Source of the DNA: the human T2T-CHM13v2.0 reference genome, Homo sapiens
Assembly (NCBI RefSeq): GCF_009914755.1
Contig: NC_060928.1
Direction: 5' to 3' (one strand)
Length of the DNA stretch: 64,000 bases
Below the pieces are notes generated by a model. The model was not told the origin of the DNA and searched no databases. It saw only the letters and a program-made list of their open reading frames with translations. The position numbers and the translations under genes are program-made. Positions 39,651 to 53,045 of this stretch are shown one piece after another (within the stretch, counting starts at the first letter, position 1; each line of letters begins with the position of its first letter).

Positions 39651-40461
39651 AGATTATCTGTTTCCCCCAGCCTACAGGGAAATCTGGGGTTCTGTGTAGG
39701 GCAGTGAAGGTGGTGAGTGGGGGCATCCTTTACTTAGAGAAAAGAGTAGGTGGAAAATGGGAACTTTGAATTAAGAAAAGAATTGCTAGCATCCTAGCTT
39801 GAAGCTACATTATTCAATATTGTGGCTTTATTTCCAGAAATAAGTGACTTGTATATGAATGTCTGACCATTCTTTCCAGTAAGCCAATGTACTACTTGCA
39901 TTCTTGATTATGAGCCTTACCATCTTGAATCTCAGTCATATCCATATGATAAAACTATGCTAGGTGATAGGGATCCAAAGCTGAATGGTCCATGATCCCT
40001 GCACCGAAGAAACTCATTGTCAGTAATGGCAAATAAAAATAATTTGAGCTATATTATAGAGCTAAGTGGTAATAGTTAACACTTCAATTTCAATTTTTAC
40101 AGAAAATTGTGAAGCATGTCTATAATATATTGTTTAAATAAAGTAGTCCAAGATCATACAACTATAGGATGTTACTCAAGGCTTGAACTGGCACGGTTTA
40201 TGAGACAGCACTTGAAGTTCTGAAGAATGACAGAGGAAGAAGAACCTGAGGCCAATGACAGCTTCCGAGGGGAAATCATGTTTCAGCTTAGTCTTGAAGA
40301 ATGCACAGTAAACTCTGCATCCCTGGTGGACAAGACAGTTGAGGACATTTCATGTGGAAGAAAAGGAAGGAAAGAGATTGTGAAAAAAAGAGATCATTAC
40401 AGCAACTCTTGATATTTAATATGTCAAGTCCTCTTTCTTTGTTCTTAGTTCCATTGGGTAA

Positions 40462-40829
<368 letters not shown>

Positions 40830-40964
40830 GGAAACATAACTTTTAATAACCTCAGAAATAGACTACTGTATGAACACTTGATATGAAAGAGGTAGCATCA
40901 TATAACGTGGAAAAAGGTGCTGGGACAATTGAGTACCTGTATGGGAAAAAATCAAACTGGACCC

Positions 40965-41371
40965 TGTATTGTATGCCGTGGTGCCCTTCCCAGTTCTCCC
41001 CTTCAGAGTGATGACACTAATTGTTCCAGCTGCAATATTGCTGGTTGACAGGTCGCAGCTGAATCACTCCTCAGGAATTGCCCTTGGCCTAAAGGAGCTG
41101 CCTTGCTGAAGGCTGTGGTCCCTCCCTGAAGGCAGCTCACATCGAGACTAGCTGATGTGGGGATACAAATTCTATCAATTTGAGACAAGCTGAAAGCTGT
41201 TATGGGACCTGCCAAGGCCTCCACTGCATATGCTTCACCATTCGTTTCTCCTCTGCCCAAATCTGCCTTCCTCACCTTTTTTCAGGTACAGTTCCCATGC
41301 TCATGGTCCAATAAACCACATGTTTACAAATCACCATCTCAGAGATCTTCCCAGGGAGGTCTACCTAAGAC
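40965..41371 (+). mobile_element. LTR16C-like (ERVL) solo LTR
   Basis: gtggtgcccttcccag...cccttcag...ggaattgcccttggcc...aataaacc...acctaagac. Confidence 0.7.
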
Positions 41372-41549
41372 CCCTAACTTACACCATACCCCACAATCAG
41401 CTCCAGGTAAATTAAAACTAAAGTACAGAAAGATGGAAATAATTTGCACAAGGTTATACATCTGAACGAGAAAAGAGCTGAGATTTAAACCTGAGAAGTC
41501 TGGCTCTAGAGTCTCTGCTCTTAATCCCTAATGGCAAATAAAATAAACC

Positions 41550-42295
<746 letters not shown>

Positions 42296-44299
42296 TTGGA
42301 ATAGAGAAATCCATGGTGAGAGGTGAGATGACTGCAGTAGAGAACCCTGTGAAAGATATGCTAAGGGTCAGGGTCACAGGGCTCTGTGTATAAGTGTTAG
42401 AGAGGGTTTTACTTCTTTTCTCTTCAGCCTTCACCATAAAATTTTGCAGAAGCCTTCACAAGTTGTCTGGTTATGAGCAAGCAACTCTGAAGTCCTGGTG
42501 ATCCAGAGAGGTGTTGCTTCTGATCTCTTTTCACTATGGAGCCACAGAGAGCTGAACTTCCCATCTCCCAGGGGAGCTTTGAGGCCCATGTTTTAATTTG
42601 CCTGCCTAGCTTTCTCTCCTGCATGGCGTTAGGCATCTCGGAGGCAACATTCTAAAACAAAACTCATCAGTAGCAGGATGAGCCTTGAAAATTCTTTCTT
42701 TTTCTTCCTGAGATTGAGTTCATATAGCATGAAATCATAAGGAAAACAAACATCCTTGTAACATAATCACACATGAGATGGCCACAAGATCTGAGTAGTA
42801 TGAAAGGTCTGATTACCTTGCAGGTACTACTTCCCTCCAGGACAGCTCCCTCTCATCCTTTGCTCCTATGTCATTTGGCAGGCAAAGAGTTGGGGATAAA
42901 GGGCTAATACTGAGGTTAAAAGGAGGGAACCACTGGAAGTCCTGAGCAAAGGGGGTTTGGGGTAGAAGAAAAGAGTAGGATGAGGGGTATGAGGGTCCTT
43001 AACCAACTTTAGGGAGTTGACCAACTGAGTGAACTGAAAGTCAACAACTGTGATATTGCAACAGTATGAGAAATGTGTGCCCAAGGCAGTGACTAGGGTT
43101 CAGACACCACCCTGGACTCCCAAGTCATTCCTACCTTATATTTTTGTAATTCTTTCCAGATATTTGTCAAACTAAGATTTAGGCCATGTAGGACAAGGAT
43201 TGATCTGTTCCCTGTCATCCTCAATGGGAACACAGTTCTGGAGGCTCCACATACATTCAGTTTACCGACTCTACAAGCACATGTTAAGCATCAAGTATCT
43301 GAACAGGGCTCTGAAAGCCACAGATAGCACAATTCTTTCTATCAAGGAGCTCACAGTGTGGCTGAGGAGGCAACAGGCTATCTGACAAGGAGAGTGCCAA
43401 GCCCTTCTCAGGATGTGGGATAGGTCTCAGGGATAGCCCCTGTCTTAAAGAGTACACCTATGAGTTAAAATACATAATCATGAAAGAGAAAACTGAGATG
43501 AAGGAGTGTTAGACTTGAAGTAAGAGTTTTGGAAAAAAATTCTAGGAGAAATAGTTGAAGAGCTGAGTTTTGAAAACGAGTAGTTATTATTGTTACATTG
43601 AATTTAATTATCTTTCTGAAAAAAAGTTTTCTTTAAATTTATATTTTTTTCTTCTCACAGCTTTTATAGTGTCGTGCTTTGAATCCAGTAAGTGCATAAG
43701 GAATTGGGGAAGGACGTTTGGGGAAGGGGCTGGAGTAGTTTTAAAGGTTAAGACTTCCAGAAGGGACATGTAAGCATACATATATAAGCATTTATTTCTT
43801 TCAAATATGACTTCTTGGGCAATTAATGGAATAACACTTTAATTAAAGTCCTTTTATGATAACATAGAGCAGTGGAGCATGGCTAGGAAAAATGAAGAAT
43901 CATACTCTTTCCTATCTTGATTCTTCAATGGATTCTTGAAAAAGTGTAAGAAGAGGTAAACTCATTATTTGATAGTTTAGAAACCTAGCCAACTCTGCAG
44001 GCATTTATCAAGACATTTCAATTGTTTGGTTTTATGAAAGTCTTTGTTTCCATCATTATTGCAAAGAATAAACTTTTATTTGTTCACTGAAGAGTTTCTA
44101 AAGCGTTGGAATTTTAGCAGCAGGAAATTCATTTCTCAACTTGCACTTATCGCCTAAGAGGCATCAAATTGCTCATGAATTAATAGGCTAAAAGGCCTTA
44201 TTGTTTCCTGGTGGGACTCTTTCACAGCGCTGGAGAAAACTGAATACCAAGTGTTGCTCATCATGTGTCTTGGGATATGTTACTGAGGGTCTGAGATTT

Positions 44300-44720
44300 A
44301 CATAGAATTTATAGGAAGCAATGAAACCGAGTTAAGTAGAGAGGAATCTAGATCCTAGAACAATGCTGTGGAGTCAGAAGGCTGTGCCAACAGAACCTTT
44401 AGCTACTACTTCTTTCGCACATGCACTGAGTCAGAAAATGCTGTTTCATGGGCTGTAGCTACTTGTCAGGCCACTGACTCAACAAACTGAAATATTAGCC
44501 AAGTAAAATGTTGCGCAATTCCAGCTGCTCATTCATAGCACAATCTGTAGCCTCAGATTTGCCAGTCTTAGTCGACTAAGAGGAGCCGACATGAGGCAAA
44601 AGGAGAAACAGTCTGACCTTAGCTATAAAGGACAACAGGATGCCAGCACACTAGGGTCATGAGTGCTCTTTTCCTCTTTCATTGAATTGGGGGGCCCATG
44701 ACTAATTTATGCAAATATGA
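44300..44720. promoter_or_regulatory. Candidate enhancer/promoter motif cluster
   Basis: AP-1 TGAGTCA 44427 and TGACTCA 44475, C/EBP GTTGCGCAAT 44510-44519, TATAAAG 44624 and octamer ATGCAAAT 44709, in apparently non-repeat DNA. Confidence 0.45.
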
Positions 44721-47300
44721 CATGGAAAATAATTTCTTGAAGAGAGCTGCTTTGTGCCAAATTCTCCCTGCTTTTCTTTTGGTCTGGTCTATGGATGATA
44801 TTAGCTTATTTTAGGGTCAGGCTTCCAATTTTCCTGCAAGACAGGGCCAAGAAATGTTTATTTCACAAAGAGGCCAAGGTCTCAGATGCAAGACTACAAC
44901 TGAGTGAGGCCCCAGAGGAGGATGACAATAGAAGATGGTTTCACTGGCATTCCATTCCTTTCTCCTCCCCACACCCAATCTCAGAGTGGCCATGGTTCAC
45001 TGAAGGAATAGTAATTGTCATTTAAACCTGGGAACAGTGGTGCTTGGTACTTGAGGGGTGACTCATTTAAATTTATTCACGTTCCCACTGGAAAAACTCT
45101 CTTCTCTCAACTAACAGGATATGAATACCAATTCCCTAAGGTCATTAAGATACTAGAAGGAACTTTCATTATAATAAAATAAAGTATCTAGAAAAATTAT
45201 TCTGCAATAGGAGAATGATAGTCCCTTGGTTCTATAGGAGCCCATTGTTGGTCAACAAGCGTTTCCAGGCATCGCTTACAGTCCCTCTGAATTCTACCTG
45301 CGATGCGGTCTAAACATACTGCTCCTCCACCTGCACTGTCTTGAACTGGGTGGCTCCATTTTTTTCCCTAGATTTCATTCATTTTCTTTTTCTCCATCTA
45401 GTTAGCTCTGTTGGCAGAGAATGTTTGTCCTAGAGTTTGTTCTCATTGGACTGCTTGGTGAAGGTGGTTCTTTTAACACAAGCTGTGGCTCTAGAAATGA
45501 AGCATTAAAGATCGAGTATTTATTCCTCATGGGCTAGACATCCTTTTCCATGTGTTGAACTGCTATAGCATTCTGTATTCAAGTAGGAATTCCCAGTAAT
45601 TAGCTCTGGGTCCACTTTTATTGCTCCCAATCCATGTCTACTGGAAACACTGAGTTCTGAGCAATGACTAATGTCTGCATGCCCTGGTGAATGAATGATC
45701 ATAAGTGAAGGTGGAGAGAAATAGCACTTCACAGGTGGAAGGGACCTAAAAAATAAATCTGCCCCATCTCTCTCAATTTCCTGATGAACAAAGAGATATT
45801 CAGAGAAGTTACTCATTCACAGTTGCTTGTTGGTGGTAGCCAAGTCTCTGATATCCACTTCTAAGGCACTGTTAGTTACACTATGATGTCTATTATCTTA
45901 ACATTATGAAAAGGGTTGCAATAAAATATATTCAGTTCTACAAATAGTTATTGATTCTCTCCTATGTACAACTACAGTTTATCATATGCTGGTCACAGAT
46001 GTCAGTGCTGGGGATACCCACAAAGTCTTTGCTCTCCTGGAGTTCACATTTAACCCAAGGATAGATTACAAGAAAAACACGATTTGCATTATGGTTATGA
46101 CCTTTAGTTGTCACACTATGCAATGAGATAATTTGCACTGGAAATGGCTGGCTGCATGTTGCTTTACAAGTGTAGTAAGCATGTTATCTTCTGTCTTCTG
46201 TGGCATTCCAGATTTAAAACTCTTCTGCTCCATGAGTGCATGCTTAGGGCCAGGTATCCTGTTTTCTGGTTCTGAAGATGTGGTCACAGTAATCATGGCA
46301 CTTGGCAGGGTAGGCTGTTTAGAAGGCATGCAACAAGCAACTGGAGGAAACCAGAGAGAAAGCCAAAGAAGAAAGTTATCCAAAACCAGTTGGGAAAATT
46401 TGTTTTATACTATTTTAGATTATATATATATATATATATTTTGCTAAGGAGTTATAGTAAATCAGAGTTTTCTGTAAATATTTTTTGTAAAAAATTAATT
46501 ACCTCATGAAATAGAAAATAAAGGAGTTGAGGGGAGCACTGAAGAGACTCCAGCAATGTGGCCACTGGAAGGCAGCTTCTCTGTAGAAAGGCCTTGCCTT
46601 AACCCTGGTAAAATAACCCCTCAGACCTTTTTTGCCTTTGATTTCAAGCTTTTTTCAAAAAAAAAAACAACAAACAAAAAAAACCCACAACATTCTACTG
46701 ACTGGATTACAGCGTAGAACGCTGGCATTCTGAAGGTTTTAAATAAAATATTACTAATGCCACTATATATATAAACCAAATTGTCTGAATTCTTCTAGGC
46801 AGCAACTGTGTCTATAACAGTGACTTGATAATTTAGACAAAAGTAATCCATCAAAGAAAAGTTATCCATGTGTTCCACATATGCCATGCTAAGTAGTCTG
46901 TCCTCCACAGACAAGACCTAGTCCTTGCCCTAGGGTAGCTTATATCCAGATGGAGAGACAACATGAGATAGATACTCCTGGTCAGATATTCTTAGTAGCA
47001 AATCAGACTAAAGGCCACAGTAAGTCCAGAACCTTAGTTTCCAACGACATAAATGCAGAAAACTTGTACACTCTAACTCATTACACTGATGTGATGATTA
47101 TAATATGCATAAAGATGTCTAGATTACAGACTTTTGAGAAGTCACAATCAGGATCCTATTTGAGTTAAGTAGAATATCTGATTAAAACATCTATGTTGAG
47201 TACCTACTATGTGGCATATAGTAGGTGCTCAGTATAGATGTTTGCTAGCTATTTAATTTGATTGATCCCATGAGGGCTCACATTTCATGATGCTTTACAG

Positions 47301-47824
47301 CACAGGTCCCCAGTCCCCGGGCCTGGACCAGTGTGTGACCTATTAGGAACCAGGATGCACAGCAGGAGGTGAGTGGCGGGTGAGCAAGAAAAGGTTCATT
47401 TGTGTTTACAGCTGCTCCCCATTGCTTGCACTACCATCTGAGCTCCACCTTTTGTCAGATCAGCTGTGGCATTAGATTCTCATAGGAGCACAAATCCTCC
47501 TGTGAACTGTGCATGGGAGGGATCTCGGTTGCATGCTCCTTATGAGAATCTAATATCTGATGATCTGTTACTGTCTCCCATCATCTGCAGATGGGACCAT
47601 CTAGTTGCAGGAAAACAAGCTCAGGGCATCTACTGACTCTACATTATGGTGAGTTTTATAAGTATTATCTCATTATATATTACAATGTAGTAATAATAGA
47701 AATAAAGTGCACAATAAGTGTAATGTGCTTGAATCACCCCTAAACTATCTCCCTACCCCTTGTCTGTGGAAAGATTGTCTTCCATGAAACTGGTCCCTGG
47801 TGCCAAAACGGTTGGGAACCGCTG
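47301..47824 (+). mobile_element. MER1A (hAT-Charlie), full length
   Basis: Terminal inverted repeats present. 8-bp TSD ctttacag/ctttatag at 47293-47300 and 47825-47832. Confidence 0.9.
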
Positions 47825-49569
47825 CTTTATAGCACTCAAGATAAGCAAAGTGCCTGCAGCCAAGGATGTGAGTCACCAGAACTAGGTGGAAGAACCACTC
47901 TGAGAAAGAAACTGCTAGCACAGGAAAGCAAAAACGACTTCCTCTTGCAATCGTGTCTTAAGAATTTCTGTTAGAATTTTCTTTTCCATTTCTTTCTCTT
48001 TTTTATTTTCTTTATAAACTTTTAAAGCCAGTTTCACAACTTGCATATAAAGAATGTCAGCTGCTTTATTAGTGGTGTTCCACTTGGCACTTATAGGGAA
48101 GCCGGGCAGTCCCGGTTCTTAGGATAAACACACTTTATAGTGGATTTTCTTTATCCAGCCCAGCAGGCTGGCTCTTTCCTTGGGAATAATATTGGGCATG
48201 TGATTGTTCCATCTTCAGATCCTGTATCAACCCGCACATGCTCTTCCAGCTTGCAGCTTTCAAAACCAAAGACATGGCTCCCAAACTAGCTACTTTCCAA
48301 ATCTATTTTAATGAAGGTGCTTCAGGGAGCTGATGATACCAATCCACAAAACAATTTCACAGGGAGAACTGGGCCCATTGTCTCAGCTCTGTGTCTTAGT
48401 AGCTTTGCAAAAGATCATTTCCCAGAGCCTGAGTTTCCAATGACATAAATGCAAACAATTTGTAAAATCTAACTCATTACACTGATGTGGATGATTATAA
48501 TATGCATATTGATGTCTAGATTGCTGACTTTTGAGAGTATAATAAAGCAAATGTTACAAAGAAGGTGAAAATGCAAATATATATTAAGAATCTGCTTTAA
48601 GCTAGGCATGTGCTGGCTTTATATATGGTTCTATTTATTTGATTTTTAATACAATTTTATAAGAAGAGAGTATTAGTTATATTTGATAGGTAAAATAATG
48701 AGGACTCAGTTATTCAGAGTCACACAGGCAGCAAACAGAGGGATTGGGATTCTACTTATAAACGATTTGACTTTATACCAGTGCTCTTTCAACTGGACTA
48801 GGTGGCTGCTGCCACACAATAAATCACACCATCAGAGAATCTTCTAGGTAACTGTTTCACTAAAATGCAATTTCTCTGAACAAAGAACGACAATTTTTGG
48901 CCAGGAGAGACATTCTGAGACTATACAAAAGTATACAAGGATCACTTACCTTCTTAAAAAATATTGTTCTGCCTGTGATCCTTTTAGAAAATAGAAAACA
49001 ACAATAGAAAACTCCAGTGGAGATTTAAGAATTTAGTTCAGAACATTACATTCCTTTAGATTATAGTTTAGCAAAAATTGGTGGATTATTCATTTATGAA
49101 AAAGATTAAATCTCTGACAACGTACATAATAAAAACTACCATACATATTGATATTTAATTTAATAAATATCAATACATATTAATATTTAATTGATTTATT
49201 GAAAAGAATAGAGAGATTGGGCAAGGTTGCTAAGGGTCAGGTTCACTCTGACAAAGGTCTGGTCTCTCTGATTTCCACCATTGCTTAACTTATTCCAAAA
49301 TATGCAGCCTCATTTTAAGGTAAATAACTATGAGACGAGTGACAAGTGTGAAAACATTGTGTTTTCTTTCCAGGACGCTGAATTGAACTGATGTCATTGT
49401 AAAAAGGGAAATGAGTTCTCTGGCTAGGTTTGGGGAACAAACCTCAGACTATCAAGAGTTCTTGAATTTTGTGACCAGTGTCCTGAGCAATTGGCTTCAT
49501 CTAGGCCTCAGATCACAAAACAGAGTTGTATAAAATGGAAAGTGCAATGCTTTTTTAGTAAAATGACTT

Positions 49570-49660
49570 TTCTCTTCCTTCCTTTCTTGCTTTTTTCCTT
49601 CCTTCCTTCCTCCCTCCCTCCCTCTCTTCCTTCCTTCCTTCCTTCTTTCCTTCCCCCACT
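49570..49660. repeat. (TTCC)n-like simple repeat
   Basis: ccttccttcc/ctccctcc runs. Confidence 0.9.
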
Positions 49661-50462
49661 TTTTTTTTGGCAGGGGGATAGAATGTAAGACTATATATAT
49701 CAGATAATTCTCTGGGCTACATTTTAAAATTTTCATCTGATAATTTACTTTTGTTTCTGTGTGGTAGGAGTGAGAGCTCTCAATTATTTAGCACTAATTG
49801 TGTGCCAGGTTCCATCTGAAGGCTTGACAAGAGTCACCTTAATTCTTTGCCATATTTTGAGGTAGATACTACTGGCACCATTTTTTAGACTGAGAAAGGA
49901 GATGTAGAAAGGATAAGATGTTGTCCAAATCCACATTGACAGTAAGTTTTGGACATGAGTCTTTAATCTAGCAATATCCGACTTTAGAGTGTGTTCTTAA
50001 GCACTACTCTATAAGTTTTAAGCAGCTCCTTTATGATGTCATTGAACCGGGTTTTCCAGTCACATTATACATGTGGAGATTAAGACCCATAATAACAATG
50101 ACAACACTTTCATAACAGTTCATCTGTGTTAACATACAAATTCTCGCAGCAACACTCCAGGTAAGTGCTCTTTTTATCTCAGTTTTATGGATTAGTAACT
50201 GAATGCAGAGAGGTTAAGCAACTTGTCCAAGATCACATAGGAGTAGGTAGTAGAATTGGGATTTAAAGCCACACTCTTAACCACAATTCTACTCTGTCCC
50301 TCTGAGTTATAAATTTAATTAGTATGACATAAATATATGTGCAGCTCTTTTAAAGATTTACTGTGCATATTTTTAAAATTGTTACAACATAAGCATTCTA
50401 GGCTTTTATTAGTCCTCCAACTTTAACATTTATGCTTTCATTTTTATCTTGTAAAGTCTTAA

Positions 50463-50818
<356 letters not shown>

Positions 50819-51449
50819 TAAAGAGGAAGATTTTCCAAACACTGATGAAACCTCTAACAACATACTCTGCAGTTCATAGATCGTTCCTACCTAGAATTTA
50901 ATTCGTATATGCATACTGTTTCTTCAAAGCATTAAGAATGTGCAAACAAGACTTCTTGGAAAAATGAGGCATATGGCATGCACAGTCATGAGCTTCATGG
51001 CAGGAGGGCAAGGGGAACACTAAGTCACTTGGGGCCATGAGAAAGGAACTCTGGTCCTGTCCTGTCCTTTCCCAGAGCAGGGATCCTAACACTTCTAAGA
51101 GAAGGGCCATTGGTAGCCTCTAGTTCTCAGAACTGTTTGTCCGCTAATGAAAATTAACACACTTGATTTTGGACAGGTTAATGTGAGATATCTATTATTT
51201 CCCCAGTGAGATATCATGTTGGCAGTTGGATATATTCAAGTCTTGAGTCAGTTGATACCGACTAGATAGATAGATACATAAATACATACATACATAGAAA
51301 ATATTAACAGCAAAATGATGCTGATGGCTCAGGATGTGTGTTGAGACAGACAGAACTGGGTTTTGTCATTCAAGCCGTTATTCACACCCAGTGTCACCTA
51401 GGCCAAGGTTTGAGCTGCAATTACTTCAACTGTGAAATGAGGTTTCCTT

Positions 51450-52420
51450 CAACAGATATATATTGAATGCCTAGAATGTTCCAAGCACTGTTCTAGGTAC
51501 TGCATAGAGCAGTGAAAAAAAAAAAAAACCTGACAAAATCTTCGCCCTTCTTAAGTTTATATTCTAGTGTGTGTGTAGGAAGGAGGGGAACATGGAAAGT
51601 CAGGTACTAAATTGGTGAAAAGGGAAAATATATAGTATGTCAGATGCTTACAAGTATTAAAGAATAAAATAATGCAGAGAAGGTGAAAGGAAGTATTTGC
51701 TGCAGGAAGAGATGAGGAGCTGAAGATGGTGAGAGTTAGAATTGTAAATAGGACAGTCAAAAAAACCTTCACAGAGAAGCAAAAATTCTAAGGCAGGAGA
51801 GGGAGGGAGTCAGGTAGCTATCTGAGAGAAGACTGTTTCAGCAGATGGAAACAGTCTTCAACAGAGGAAAGAGCTATTGCAAAGACTCAACGCCTTGTGA
51901 GATAAAGGGAAAAAAATCAATGTAGCTGAAACAGACTGAATGGAAATCAAGAGGCCATAGAAACCACAGAGGGGTTGAAGATGTCACTGCAGTTTTAGGC
52001 TGAGAGACTGGAAAGATGGAGCTACTGATTACTGAAATGGAAAACTCTTTGGGAGGAGTATATAATTTTGGACAAGTTAAGTTTGAGATTTCTATTGCTG
52101 CCCAAGCGAGTTGTCAAGGAGCCATTTGGATAGTCATATCTGGAGTCAGCAAAGGAGACCAGGCTGTACATACACATGTGCAAATTGTCAGCTTTTGAGG
52201 ATATTTATAGCCACAAAAAGTGGGGATAGGTAGAGAAGGAAAGAGGTCTCAGTTCCAAGGGATTGGAGTTGGCTACTGTTTAGAAATCTAGGAGGAACCA
52301 GCAACAGAATGACAGAGAAACCAGCAACAGGGTGGTAGAGAAAATTCAGGAATGTGTAGTATCCTGGAAGCCAAAGGAAGAGGAAGAGAAAGTAAGCTTC
52401 TACGTGAAATGTTGCAGATA
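51450..52420 (-). mobile_element. L2 fragments
   Basis: caacagatatatattgaatgcctag...aagcactgttctaggtactg, and ttttggacaagttaagtttgag. Confidence 0.7.
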
Positions 52421-52739
52421 AGCTACTTTCTTCACAGCATTACTGCATGAGTTAAATAAAATGCTGTTTGTACAAAACAGCATAATATCTGGCACAGCAC
52501 TGCAGGTAAAGCTTGTTTTCATTTTCTACAATGAAGTTTTAAATGAATATTTAAAAATATATTTTGGACTTCTCAAAGCAAAATGTAATCCCATTTATAA
52601 TTTCATAAAGACATTTTATCTGCTAATATCAGGACATCATTTTCTCAAACACAATGAAACTTTTTAAATGTGAGAAAATAAAATACTTCTCAGAGGTATT
52701 TCATAAAAGCTTAAGATAGACTCTTTTTGCCTCATAACT

Positions 52740-53045
52740 TTTATGTATAATTTAATAAAAGGTAGTAATGAGAAAATCAGATCTAATATATAGAATTTTG
52801 TTTCATAACCAAATTTTTAGAAATAAGTCATCTTATATATTAAAGAATAGCTAGAAGGAGAGAGGGATGAATTTTATGTATAAAATTTATGTATAATAAT
52901 TTTTCCTTATAAAATTTATGTATAATTTTATAAAAGGTAATAATGAGAAAATCAGATCTAATACATAGAATTTTGTTGCATAATCAAATTTTTAGAAATA
53001 AATTATCTTATATATTAAAGGATAGCTAGAAGGAGAGAGGGATGA
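52740..53045. repeat. 131-bp near-tandem duplication with a 44-bp junction insert
   Basis: 52740-52870 versus 52915-53045, about 8 mismatches. Confidence 0.95.

Noticed and set aside
49360-49690. Strong acceptor ttttctttccag| at 49373 as an extra upstream exon
   Set aside because: No convincing paired donor or upstream exon could be identified from sequence alone.
51828-51859. 12-bp inverted repeat GAAGACTGTTTC/GAAACAGTCTTC
   Set aside because: Short, lies inside decayed L2, and has no other support for function.
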